Part shown: positions 1 through 12,404 of the stretch, piece after piece
Numbering within the stretch: position 1 is the stretch's first letter
Layout: the number at the start of each line of letters is the position of its first letter
From: Octopus vulgaris
Taxonomy: Eukaryota
NCBI GenBank assembly: GCA_951406725.2
Contig: OX597827.1
Coordinates: forward strand, 75,082,001 to 75,146,000
Direction of reading: 5' to 3'
DNA: 64,000 bases
Program-made: the position numbers and the translations under genes
The notes under the pieces: model-generated
The model's database searches: none
What the model was told of the DNA's origin: nothing
Seen by the model: only the letters and a program-made list of their open reading frames with translations

Positions 1-1105
1 ATAGGACTGCAAAAATATCTACTTCAGAAGGAAGGAAAACTGATCCAGATAGCGGCAAAACACGAGCAAAACAAAAAACTGTTCTCAGTATTTAAGGAAG
101 CTGACAAATACAAACAAGAAATCATACCACCTAATAAACATGAAGAAGAAGAAGAAGATGAAGAAACAACAAAAGCTATAAAAAAAATGAAATCCAAACT
201 AAAAATAGAACAGCAACGAACCATGATAAAACGATGGCAAGAAAAGCCCCTTCATGGTAAATACTGGACTAAACTAAACGCAAAAGAAATAGACAAAGAA
301 AAATCCCAGCAATGGTTGAGAAGCTCAGGACTCAAAGCAGAAACAGAGGGATTTTTAATTGCAGCACAAGACCAAAGCCTCCCCACCAGAAATTACCAAA
401 AACATGTAATGAAAAGAAATATTACAAGTAACTGCAGAATATGTGGAGATGGACAAGAAACAATAAATCATATTATCTCTAGCTGCCCAGTCCTGGCTAA
501 GAAGGAATATATTCACAGACATGACAGAGTTGGAACTTACATACATTGGAAGCTATGCCAACATTATGGAATAACAACAGAAAAAAGATGGTATAGGCAC
601 ACACCAGAAAAGGTCACAGAAAACGAGAAAGCAACCATACTCTGGGATATGCCGATACACACAGATAGAGAAATTAAGGCCAACAGACCAGATATAGTTG
701 TCAGAGACCATGAAGAAAAAAATGCTTTCTAATTGATGTATCAGTACCGGCAGATGACAACGTGTCTCTAAAAGAAATGGAGAAACTCTCAAAATACAAA
801 GACCTGGAAATAGAGGTAACTAGAATGTGGAATCTGAAAACAGAAACAATTCCTATCATAGTAGGTGCATTAGGCATGATAAAAAAATATTCAGACAAAT
901 ACATAACAAAAACACCAGGACTTACAAACACATATAACATACAGAAAATTGCACTACTAGGCACTGCACACATCCTACGCAGAACACTTTCCATACAATA
1001 ACCATCAGAGCATCACAACAAATCACAGCACATACCCAAGGCACACAGAGCTGCGCTCGGTAGTGAAGTGAAAGCACGCTATAAAAATAAAAATAAAACT
1101 ACTGA
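1..1105 (+). mobile_element. R4/Dong-like (RLE-type) non-LTR retrotransposon, 3' part, frameshifted
   Basis: ORFs 187-732 and 762-1001 give KPLHGKY...WLRSSGLKAETEGFLIAAQDQ, a CCHC knuckle (CRIC...HIISSC), RHD and RPDIV...EKLSKY restriction-like endonuclease motifs; followed by an (AAT)n tail at 1106. Confidence 0.9.
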
Positions 1106-1217
1106 ATAATAATAATAATAATAATAATGATAATAATAATAATAATAATAATAATGATAATAATAATAATGATAATAATGATGATGATGATCATGATCAT
1201 GACGACGATAACGATGA
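1106..1217. repeat. (AAT)n/(GAT)n microsatellite, LINE tail
   Basis: Direct reading. Confidence 0.95.
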
Positions 1218-1239
1218 TTTTGCAACAGGGACAGCAAGT

Positions 1240-1345
1240 TCGGGGTAGGTCATGAGTTGATTTCATCGACCTCAGTACTCAACGACTACTTACTTTATCG
1301 ACCCTGAAAGGATAAAAGGCAAAGTCGACTTGGGGGTAATTTGAA
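1240..1345 (-). mobile_element. tRNA-derived SINE fragment (family of 34552-34780)
   Basis: Reverse complement matches the gttcaaatt...gtcgactttgcctttcatcctttc...gtcgataaa core. Confidence 0.7.
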
Positions 1346-1533
1346 CATAAAGAAGAACAAGAAGAGGAACAACAACAACAACATGATCATCTTTATCATC
1401 ATTAAAATATTTATGTACTGAGTGCATTAGATACGGAGAGGTAACTTAACCTGTGTGGGTGTTACTTCCACAAATTCTAGGATGTTAAACATGTCTGTTG
1501 TTCACATTTACTTCCCTCAGTTTTCATTAATAA

Positions 1534-1895
1534 TCTCTATATATATAAGGGGCAAAATGTCTGCGTGCGTGTCCTTTATACAAATCCACAATTTTTCAGT
1601 TAGAGGGCTCGCACTTTCTATGGTCATTCAAAACCGTCCAAGGCTAGTCGAGCACATCTTTACATTTCCCCAGTCACCCTGTAAAGCCATTAAAAAATCA
1701 ATAGAAGTGACTTTTTTGTGAATTTTCTTTCCAAAACCCAATCAATATGCCCGAAACTTGATACGCCAATTGAATGCCAGCTAGCTGTATGTGATTGGTC
1801 AGAGATTTGGACAGTACTCGCGTGTATGTGTGCATGCATGCAGCTGTATATGCATGCACTAGCACTGACCCGGCGTTGCCGGGTCATAGTGCTAG
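1534..1895 (+). mobile_element. Non-autonomous Helitron-like element
   Basis: Starts A|TCTCTATATATATAA; ends with GC hairpin GACCCGGC-gtt-GCCGGGTC followed by CTAG|T. Confidence 0.75.
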
Positions 1896-2220
1896 TTCAA
1901 CATAACTCAATACTTAGCAAAATAAGTATTTATACACTTATGCTCTTGTAGAGAGTACGGCAACTTGAATTAATCAATACATGTATATACAATACATGTA
2001 TATATACAATACCTATTTACAATACATGTATATAGGAGAGATAGACATTGTTAAAGTAAGAATATAACAATCAAAATTTTAAGTAAGACATATCAATATC
2101 AAATAGAAAAAAATTTTTAATGATTTTATGCACTTGTGTCCCACTTAATTAAAGTTAAGAACAAACATGTGTGTGAGTTGTGGGGAAATAGTTTGATTAT
2201 TAGTATAGACGTATACTTAC

Positions 2221-2355
2221 TTTGCTGACAGTCGGAACCCATGCGTCCCATTGCACAGCCTCTAGGACATGCGCCATGAATCGGGTTGCAGGCGTCATTA
2301 TTCATACAGTTACATCTTTTGGTGCAACGTAGTCCATATGTGCCTCCTTGGCAGA
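2221..2355 (-). CDS. Exon (last visible) of EGF-repeat/F-type lectin gene: 8-Cys EGF-like module
   Basis: tttcacag acceptor, gtaagt donor, 135 nt, phase 1-1; CQGGTYGLRCTKRCNCMNNDACNPIHGACPRGCAMGRMGSDCQQ. Missing from the ORF track. Confidence 0.93.
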
Positions 2356-2819
2356 CTGTGAAACAAACGTATTATATCTTATATTGCGTAAAACGGTAAA
2401 GAACTCGTTTCATAAATGAAACGATGGAAAAAAATCAATCAATGACTGATGACCAAGACAACCATAATAGGAAATCGTTTAACCAACTATGGCGCCTCAA
2501 TATTTTCGATTGATCTGCTAGTAACAGCGACCAAATCTTCCTCAAACAATACCCTGTTAGACTACAAACAAGAAACATTAAACAATGGAGACCTAAATAT
2601 CTCTTAAGATGGCCACGGGTGGAATATCTATAACCGTAGATCTTTCTAATCAGTCAGGATTCATCAGAATATAAACAACAGCAGTAATAGTGGTTGAATA
2701 ACATGGGACTGCCTTCTCGATCTGAGTTTACCCAAATGCAAATAACATCATCAGCAACAAAAAAAGCAATGATATACAAACAAATACGAAAGCCAAATCT
2801 CTCAGCAATCGCTCAACTT

Positions 2820-4812
2820 GCTAGTACATCGTATCAACGAGGGAACTGACTTGGTCTTCATCTTTACCATAAAGTTTGAGGTCATCCATGAATAACAAGT
2901 GGTTGACTATTTGTTGCTGGCTTTTGAATACATACCCAGCTTTTGCTTTCCTGAGAATCAGTGTTAGTAGTATCAAGCACAGTACAAAGATCAATGGAGA
3001 CAGGCAGTCCTCTTTGAAGATGCCTTTCTGATTTCTACTTTCCCTAAACTTCTTTTGTATGCTGCCAGGTCTGTCCTCCAATTCACCATACTTTTTCCAA
3101 GCAATCGCTCAACATTCGATGCAATACCAAATAGGTTCATACATTCCATAATCCAAGAATGTAGGATCATATTGTACGCCTTACGACAGTCGATCCATGA
3201 CATGGCTAAGTTACTTTTCCTCCTCTTACAGTCTCTAAGAACAGTTTTGTCTATCAGGAGTTGATCCTTGGTACCTCTGCACTTACGCTTGCAACCCTTC
3301 TGCTCATGTGGCAGGACTCCAAATTTTTTTCCAGATGTTCGTACATTGACTCTGCGAGTATTCCAGTTAATAATTTCCACGTAAGTGGCAAACAAGATAT
3401 CGGCCAGTAGTTGTGTACCATATTGCCTTTTTCGATGTTTTTCAAGCACAGCACTGTCCTACCCAATGTCAACCACTCTGGTGTTACTTGTTCGGCATTT
3501 AACAAGGTGTTGATTTGTGCAGCTATTCGTGCATGACATTCACCAAATCATTTGATCCAGTAGCTTTGAACTCCATCTGATCCCGGGCCCTTCCAGTTGC
3601 TCTTTGTTTTGTTTTTTTTTTGCTTATTTCCTTCACTTTCCGTACTGAAATGACTAGTCCTGTCTGTTTTGGACAGACTACTGTTTGTTTCAGTTCTTGC
3701 AACCATAACCATTCAGCATCCTTTTCGTGCTCCTTATCTTTGCTCCAGATGTCACTCGAACATCTTTGACTTTCATTGTTATCTGGTATCAACTTTTCAT
3801 CTGTACATTCTCCATTTATTCCTTTATGGAATCTCTTCTGATCTACTGTGAATAACTCATGCTGGTGGTAACCCTTCATTCTTTGGTCATATCTTACCAT
3901 CTTTGCTTTCTTTGCAATGAAGTGCTGTTTCAGTTCTTCTATTACCACTTTTAGGCCCTTTCTTTCAGTATCATACTTCCTGTTCGGTGTCATGTATTTT
4001 TATTCGTTTTTAAGTAACCTCTTCTCTTTTCGGTTTCACCAGTAATGTCTTTCGGGAGCATATTTAACCCCACCTGTATTCTTCTTTTCTACCATGGATT
4101 TTTTTTTCTTTTGTCACTCCCATTATATATCTTTTTCTTGACATCATCATCTACATTTTCTGCTACAGCAATACTTGCTGCCTTGATCAAATTTTTTGTT
4201 TCTGTAATGTTTTTTTGTTCTCGTGTATTTCAGAATTTCATGTCTCTCATCGAGCAAGTTATCACTGTTCCTTTCCTGTGGTTTATTAGAGATCTCACCT
4301 CTGCTTTCTACTATGAGATAACTTTTATCGGTAAGAACAGCATTTTCATCGTTTCCTCTACTGCTGTTTCCCAATACCCGTCTTTTGATAGCTTTGAGCT
4401 ATACTTCCGTGAACCAACGATTTTTTTCTTATTTCTCTATCTTGATCACATAATCTCTGTTCTGTGTATTGAAACTATCCTCTCTCTCTTCCTTGATCAT
4501 ACATAAGTTGTCGGTATCCCCTAATATATGAACACCATTTTCGTCTACAGGGTTGCTCAGGTAGTAACATTCCATGACCACAGCATTGATTTGTTAGTTC
4601 CATCTAATCTGTGTGGTCGGATCCCTTGCTGGATAACGACAGGCTGGAGTCGGACCTGTAGCTCTGAGCCTGCCAAGTGCAACGCTGTCACAATCATGGA
4701 TTTCAGTTTCATTACTACCGTTATTCACAATATTTTTCATCGTCACTCATATGAGATAGCGATTATCAGATTGCACAATTACAAGTGTTTTTATTGTGAC
4801 TCCCATCACTAG
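2820..4812 (-). mobile_element. Degenerate R4/Dong-like retrotransposon (5' region to RT domain)
   Basis: Fragmented ORFs with RT motifs [59 protein letters not shown]. Confidence 0.88.
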
Positions 4813-4849
4813 ATGTATCATCAATCAGGACATGGGAAGTTTCCAATCG

Positions 4850-5355
4850 CTAAGCAGCTAATATGAAACCTTCACTCTCTGCTTTTAGCCCTGAACTTCG
4901 TAACCATTGGTGCGTGTGTTTCTGGTGGACATCAGCTTGTTTGCTACGGTCCACATACTTGCCATGGAAAGGTTTCTGTTCCCATCTGCTAGCTAAATTT
5001 TCATGTGCTTTTGTCTTTGCAATTAATTTTATTTTCTTTGCAGCTGTAGTTGGCGCATTTCCTTCAGCCTGCTCAATCTGGTGGGTATCTAAGAGATCAG
5101 CAGCGAATTTTTTGCTCTCTTTGAGAATAGAATGAATTTTTTTAGGCCTTTCATGTTTTTCAACAAGTTTTAGCATCCAATCGTTGGTTACTTCAAGGTA
5201 TTTGGCCAGTCCAATTGTTGTGGTTTTGTATGTAAGTTCAAGCTGGATCAAACCTCGACCTCCCTGAGCTCTGGGAAGGTAAAGGCGATCCACGTCTGCC
5301 TTTGGATGGTGCATCTTATTACAAGTCAGTAGCTTGCAAATTTTCCTGTCAATTT

Positions 5356-5359
<4 letters not shown>
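4850..5359 (-). mobile_element. R4/Dong-like fragment (post-RT linker)
   Basis: HHPKADVDRLYLPRAQGGRGL...KPFHGKY...WLRSSGLKAESEGFILAA; truncated at an (AAT)n tract. Confidence 0.88.
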
Positions 5360-5387
<28 letters not shown>

Positions 5388-5941
5388 GAGTGAGAGAGCA
5401 GTGCATGCCATCAAAGTGACACCGGGGTAAAATATACGAAGCCCAATATACCCATCATGACTACCCGTCTGATAAGGGTACACCAGGCACATGCATCACA
5501 ACCATATGTGCGCGACATGGTGATCTCATATCAAGATAAACAGTACATGACCTTGTAGGTGGGGCACAGTTAGAATTTTCTTCAGGTTGAGTAGCCCATC
5601 CCGCTCAAAAGGTCCCTGAATAATGGTTGTTTAAGGATGTTGAAAGAACTACCCATGTTTCCAGAGGTGAATTATTCAAACCCCAAAGAATCCCTCTCAA
5701 CACATGGCTATTATGCTCCCCCACTACTTCTGCTCATGATCAGAGATGCACATATCGTCAGCCACTAAGAGACATGCTCAACTGGTTATGGTCAAACAAC
5801 TGACAAGCAAATCTGTGGTATTGAGCAGAATATTTGCTGTAGCCCATCTTTTATACCAAGACAAAACAATGTACATGATAACACTTCCAATCAGTTAAGA
5901 TCAGAAGCCATGAGAGCCACTGCCTTGTACTGCATTAGGGC

Positions 5942-5945
<4 letters not shown>
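5388..5945 (-). mobile_element. Non-coding interspersed repeat embedded in (AAT)n tracts; partial second copy at 6181-6448
   Basis: 5388-5650 and 6181-6448 are near-identical (gagtgagagagcagtgcatgccatcaaagtgacac...); both abut (ATT)n. Confidence 0.7.
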
Positions 5946-5995
<50 letters not shown>

Positions 5996-6114
5996 CATCA
6001 TCATCACTAATATTATTATTATCCTTTTTTTTACCATTGTTAATATTTTCTCTGGTCCTACATGACTTTTGACTTTATTATTATCATCATCATCATCATC
6101 ATCAATATCACTAA

Positions 6115-6181
<67 letters not shown>

Positions 6182-6449
6182 GAGTGAGAGAGCAGTGCAT
6201 GCCATCAAAGTGACACTGGGGTAAAATATACGAAGCCCAGTATACCCAACATCACTACCCGTCTGATAAGGGTACACCAGGCACATGCATCACAACTATA
6301 TGTGCACAACATGGTGATCTCATATCAAGATAAACAGCGCATGACCTTGCAGGTGGGGCACAGTAAGTATTTTCTACTGGTCGAGTAACCCATCCAGCTC
6401 AAAAGGTCTCTGAATAAAGGTTGTTTAAGGATGTTGAACAAAACACCCT

Positions 6450-7240
6450 TTCTACTTTTGTTAGCCACTCTGCGCTTTCTTTATATCTCGCCGGCTTCTT
6501 CTACAATCTTCCTCCAAATTCTTTCCTTTCTTCCACATCTCAAATCAGTTCTTAGTGTTGGCGTCCCTCTGTTTCCTCATATAGACGCCTTCTATTTTAT
6601 TGGAACAGTCTATGCTATTCGGAACCTTTGCATTTATCATCATTTTTTTTTTTAATTTGGCTGTTTTTTTTGTGTCAATTCTTCCATCCGTTTCATATTC
6701 TTCCTGTTTTACCCTTTCATTACCTCTCTCTGCTACCGTTGTTTCACTCTCCTTCTGCTAATTTATTATTATGTTTATCTGAATTTCTTCAATCTCTACT
6801 GCCATAACCCAGTCGTCCCCACATATTACTCTTGTTTAGTCTATCAGTCACAGGGCGGTTGCTTCAAAGCCTCCTTTCTTCATCCAAATATTCTCTTTAT
6901 TTGATTCATGAAGCCTCTTTTATTTGGCTCACTTCTCAGCCAGTATTCGATTACTATTTAGTTTACTTCTTTTCCCCCATTTCATTCTTTTTATTTTGCA
7001 CTTTTGACTGCGACTTTGGTCCTGACCAATAGCTTGATGACAATCTGCCAGAACTTGACCAGATACTCCCTGCCTGCCGAGCGCGACATCTTTACCGTTT
7101 ACAGTTCCAATCCTGTTAGTGCAGTTGTGGTTATTATTTAATTTTGACATCACTCATTTAGAGGTACCATTTGTAAGATTGTGCAACCACCAGTATTTTT
7201 ATTGTGACACCATCACTAGGTGAGTTGCTAGTCAAGGCTC
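6450..7240 (-). mobile_element. 5' end of a degenerate R4/Dong-like element
   Basis: Shares 5' sequence with 4740-4812 (ttttattgtgac-ccatcactag) and has similar decayed N-terminal coding sequence. Confidence 0.55.
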
Positions 7241-7346
7241 CGAGAGTCCACATCAACCCTTGTGTACAGTTTTTAGTGTCATTCTTGTTCATTCCAATGT
7301 TTTATATTTTTATATTTGACATTTTCACTCCTGGGAATTTTTGTTA

Positions 7347-7562
7347 AGGCGGCTAGCTGGTAGAGTCGTTAGCACGTTGGACGAAATGCTTAATAGTATT
7401 TCACCCATCGTTACATTCTGAGTTCAAATTCCATCGAGATCGACTTTGCCGTTCCTCCATTCGAGGTCGATAAATTAAGAACCAGCGGAACACTGGGGTC
7501 GATGTATTCGACTAGTCCCCTCCCCCAAAACTTCAGGCCTTGTGCCTTTACTAGAAAAGATT
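7347..7562 (+). mobile_element. tRNA-derived SINE
   Basis: aggcggctagctggtagagtcgttagc (A-box-like) and gagttcaaattcc (B-box); homologous to 34552-34780. Confidence 0.85.
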
Positions 7563-7889
7563 ATTGTTGTTTTTGTTATCTCAACTGAATCACAAGTGTC
7601 GAATCGTTGGCGACTAAACCAGCAACTCCACAGAACCTGCTCTGTGGAGAGTGTATTTTTCTTGCTATTTGCTAACCCTTCAGGATGAAATACAAGGCCT
7701 GTTGAAGAGTAGATGAACTCAGGGGAGTCAGCGGTCACCTACACAGCAACTTTTCATTACTTGTGCATCCGATTAGATCATTACCGCTCAGAGTACTGGG
7801 TTGGTGTACAATGCAAGATAGCTTACTTAAACTTTTAAAGGGTAGAGAGGCCCCGATGAGTTTTTTGATACAAACCCTCTAGAGAAAGT

Positions 7890-10440
7890 ATCTCAAATGA
7901 AAATACTGGTGGTTGTTAAATCACTTTCCTTTTTATGAGAGTAACGGATAAAAGTATTAATACAAACAACGGCGTAAATGTGGACGAAACTTCAGGTGAC
8001 GGGCTCTTGCCTTGTGGGTGAGTAGCACAGGCCCGGTCGTCATTATATGGTTGCCAAGACAAAATGGTCTAAGGTGATGAAAATAGCTGCCATAGAATGT
8101 TATTTTTTTAGCAGACCTGTTGATGATGAAGGGAAACCTATAAAAGGATACAGAAAGAGAATGCGTGGCATTTGGATGGAGATGCTCAACTTAGATATTT
8201 CAGAGAGAGTCTACATGACCAAGCAAGGATAATAAGGAAGAAAGAATGGTTAACAGCATTAGAGTTTGATGAGATTAAGAAGACGGGGACGATCGAAAAC
8301 ACTGTGAGTGAAGTTGTATTGTTACAGAAAATGTTGACGAGTTGTATTGAATGAAGTTGCTCTGGAGAATGGTGCTGACTTAAGTTTTGAGAATATCGAA
8401 GGATTGAGCGACGAGGATAGAGTAATGATTGAAGATATCACTAGTATCATTCAGAAAAATTTGAACATAGAAGTAAATGAATTCAAGAAAGTGGTATAAT
8501 TTTGCTCAGCGGATTGACTCGGAAGATGAATAAAATACTGAAAGTAACTAAGAAAGATAATATAAATGCTACAGGTAGATTGGTTAAAACTAGTATCATC
8601 TATATAAGAAGAAAAGTAACCCTCAAACCAAATCGTAAAAGAGGAAATGAGACAAAAGAGCCTTGGAAGAAAAGAAGGATAATGTAATCAATGAATGAAT
8701 CACGAAAGCATATCAACACTCTGAAAAGAAAGAAACAAGGTGAAATCAAATAGGAGAAATATCAAAACTAGAACGTAGGTTTAGTATCACGAAAAAGGGA
8801 TTGAATGTAGCCCTGCAGAGCTACAAAAATCAAGGGATCTGACCACAGAATTTTACAACATAAAATCAATATATTGTTCCAGCCAGATCAGAAAATGGTT
8901 TATCAGCAGATGGAGAGGTTAGCAGCAATGAGAAACCGAACGCTGAAGAAAGTAGGAGTTTTTAGAGTAACATCTGAGATAATGGAAGAAATCATCAGAA
9001 AGATGCTTGAAGTAATTAAGATCCGAGAAAATTTAAATGGAACAGAGCAGTATACGAATATCAACTGAAATGTGACCGAGAAGACAACAATGATCTCAAA
9101 CTGGAAGTGTCCTGGCCCGGATGGGGTTCAAAGGTAATGGCTGGAAAATTTCCCAGAATTATACAAAAGAATAGATATGCAAATGGATAAAATGATCAAC
9201 AACAGGGTATAAATCCCAAAATGCATTGCCACAGGGAAAACAGCTCTTTACCAAAAAGGACTCCAGTAAATGTAATGCAGTGGAAAATTACCGGCCATTC
9301 TCCTACTTACTACTGATTTGGAAGTTGATGTCAGGAATGTAACTAACTGTGCGTATGACATGCTGAAAATAACTGACAAGCTGCCAGTGGAACAGCAGAG
9401 ATGCACATAGGCATTGATATGTAGTACCCAGGAACAAACCCTGAGAAATAATTACTCCAAGGTCCAAATAGACAAGAACAATGAATCGCTCCTTTGTGGG
9501 TTTATGGCATCAAAAAAACGAAATAATCTCACATATTGTGAGTGAATTTAGCAAACTAATCCAAAAAGAATACAAAAAGAAGCACGATAACAGGGCTAAG
9601 TTTGTTCACTAGAGATTGCATGAGAAGTATGGTCTTGAAAGAACACAGACAAAGCCTGCTAAAATATAGTAGGCTACTATAGAACAACACACAGAAAATA
9701 CTAAAGGCAGTGAATAGAGAGCAGGTGGTCAAATGTGGAAATAGGAGGAAAAGACGAAAATGATATTCAAAGAGAGCATTATAAACAGATTGAAAAGAAA
9801 CCTCTGCATGGTCAGTATTTGAAAGCCACTGAAGATGTACGTGAAACAAAAATCTGGGCTTCATTAAAAACAAAAGGGCATTTAAAAAAAGAAACAGAGT
9901 GCCTTGTTAAAACAGCTGAAGATAAAGCAATAAAAACAAATAATTTGAAAAAATATGTGTATGGGGAGGTGTCAGCAAAATGTAAAGTGTGAGGTATTTG
10001 AGATAAAACAATGGTGCACATTGTTGCAGAATATCCCAGGTTGGCTCATACAGAATATACGAAATGGAGACATGACCAAGTATTGCAAGTTTTTCACTGG
10101 GCGCTTCATCAGAAATGGGGATTTGAAGCTCAAAGTACTTGGTATCACCATTGGGTTGAGAGGGTGCTTGAGTTTGAGAAAGCAAGATTTTATGGGATTT
10201 GGAGCATGAAATATGTAAAGGTTGTGCCTGCAATAATTGGTGCATTAGGATCTGGGAGTAAGGATATAGATGAATGGTTGGAAGAGATTGGAATAGAATG
10301 TCCTGAAGAGCTTCCACAGAGAGTTTGCCTCTTAGGGACAGGAAAGATTATCAGAAGGGTTTTCAGCACTTGAAAGATTAACGAAAGCTTGAGGATATAT
10401 AAAGTTACTGGTAGTAACCCATTACCCACATAAATTCGCA
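7890..10440 (+). mobile_element. Highly degenerate, mosaic R4/Dong-like element(s)
   Basis: Fragments KWSK...ECY...KGYRKRM, PGPDGVQ, KPLHGQY...LKKETE, HIVAEYPRLAHTEYTKWRHD, VPAIIGALG; the zinc-knuckle region appears twice. Confidence 0.8.
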
Positions 10441-10658
10441 TGGACAAATTAGAAAGCGAAACAAAAAATATACTTGAAAAGAAAATCCTCAAGAGAGTAG
10501 GTTGGCGGGGTAATTTTCAGTCAAATGAGAAAAAGAATTACACTAGGCCAATCACAGAAGGCCAGATAAATTCTGTCAGGTGAAGTCCTAACATAAAATT
10601 CGTCCACTTTGAAATTACCTCATAATTCCAATGGTATAATCAGTTGTTTCATACTCAC

Positions 10659-10790
10659 ATTCTTGACAGCTTTTACCCCGATATCCAGCAACACATCCAT
10701 GAGCACAAGTACCATATGCTGGGTTGCAACTGTCGTCAATACAATGACACTGTTTATGACATTTATCTCCAAATGTGCCTTTAGGGCATA
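10659..10790 (-). CDS. Exon of EGF-repeat/F-type lectin gene: EGF-like module
   Basis: ttttcag acceptor, gtgagt donor, 132 nt, phase 1-1; CPKGTFGDKCHKQCHCIDDSCNPAYGTCAHGCVAGYRGKSCQE. Confidence 0.93.
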
Positions 10791-11169
10791 CTGAAAAAAA
10801 TAACAGAAGAAACACGTTTTAACTTACGAATTTATTGTTGCCTTTTAAATATCAGTAACACAATACTACTGGCATCATAGTCAACGCCAACTGAAGACAG
10901 AACCATATTCTCTTGCAAATTTCACAGAGATTTCCTGAAGCTTCAAGATGGTTTGTTTCGTTCAAAATGCTTGAATCAAACCAGGACTTTCACAGAAGAT
11001 ATTTGCCAAACTTTTTTGCATCGAAATCGAACCTTAAACAAGCTAAACTAGCTTCTTAATAAATCAACCAACCCAAAACTTTGTAAAGTCAAAAACTTTA
11101 ACCAACAGAAATCTAAGAATGTATAAGACAGACGACTATTTCAAGCAATTAGTTAGATGTCTTCAGGCA

Positions 11170-11550
11170 CACAATCTTCTGCCATCTCCCTCCTTAGTAC
11201 ACACTGTGCGACTCTTGCATACTTTGTTATCTTCCCTGTTAGCACACGTTCTTCGCCCATGTTAGTATACTATGTAGTCAACGTTGACAACACGTGTTAT
11301 TACTTCCCTTGTCATCACAAGTTGTCGTTCCCTCTGATGTACCCCTTGCTGTACCCCTTGCTGTACCCCTTGTTAGTATACTTTGTTATGTTGTTAGCTT
11401 AGGCTGTTGTTTCTCTAGTTTGTATATCTTGTTGTCTCCCTTGTTTTTATATTTTGCTGAAAAAGCAAGTACATTGTTAGTACACTGTTCCATGTCACAC
11501 ACAGTACTGTCACCCTTGTTGGTAATCTTTGCTATATCTTGTATTAGCAT
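11170..11550. repeat. Degenerate minisatellite (cccttgttagta-like units; (gtaccccttgct)x3)
   Basis: Recurrent cccttgtt / ttagtac motifs seen directly. Confidence 0.55.
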
Positions 11551-11620
11551 CTCAGAATACATAACTAAAAAGAACAACAATTGCAATACACAATGACAAC
11601 AGAAAGCAAACGTTATTAAC

Positions 11621-11755
11621 CTTCTTTACAAGTGCCTGAAGTGAAACCAGGTGGACATCCATGTGGGCATATTCCAGTGACTCTGTCGCACACGTCCTTA
11701 TCTCGACAGTTGCATTCCTCATTACAGTGAGTACCATACTTTCCAGGAGAACACT
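11621..11755 (-). CDS. Exon of EGF-repeat/F-type lectin gene: EGF-like module
   Basis: cttttcag acceptor, gttaat donor, 135 nt, phase 1-1; CSPGKYGTHCNEECNCRDKDVCDRVTGICPHGCPPGFTSGTCKE. Confidence 0.92.
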
Positions 11756-12366
11756 CTGAAAAGAACAATTTCTTTTAATATCCACCAGATTTGATGTTAA
11801 ACAGACTCTGTTAAAGTTTAAAATATCAGATACACTTTATTGACTACATGAATTAAGAATTAGAAGAGACAAGTTAAAAGCTACCGAAAGAATTATGTGA
11901 AGGATTTCCTTACGATGCCATTTATCAAATGCTGTTTCTGTTATTGCGGAGTTCAGTTTAAAATCAGATACGATGAGCATATCTATAATAGTTGATCGAA
12001 AGAGTAAGTGCAAGTCACAGATCTATTACACTTGATATACGAAGCCTTCACCACTTGGTGGGCCTTCGCACTAATACATCCTGAATATGAATTATTGTCA
12101 GTTGGGACATGTGTTTCTTTTTTTGCCCAGTCTATTTTTTGTATGCTTGTCGGTCCAAGTGATGAACTCCTCGAGGACAAATGTGAAATCCAGAGAGCGT
12201 TTAAGGTGGTTCTTGGAGTTGTTTGGCCCCAAAACAATGACCACCCTGCTTATTTTCAGAGAGTGTATACAGTATCTGAATAGCTAAATTATCTTATGTA
12301 TTCTTTCTTTGTATAAGAGGGTAGTGTGTGATTTGAGGAAGATTTGGCTACAATTTCTTGCAGGTC

Positions 12367-12404
<38 letters not shown>

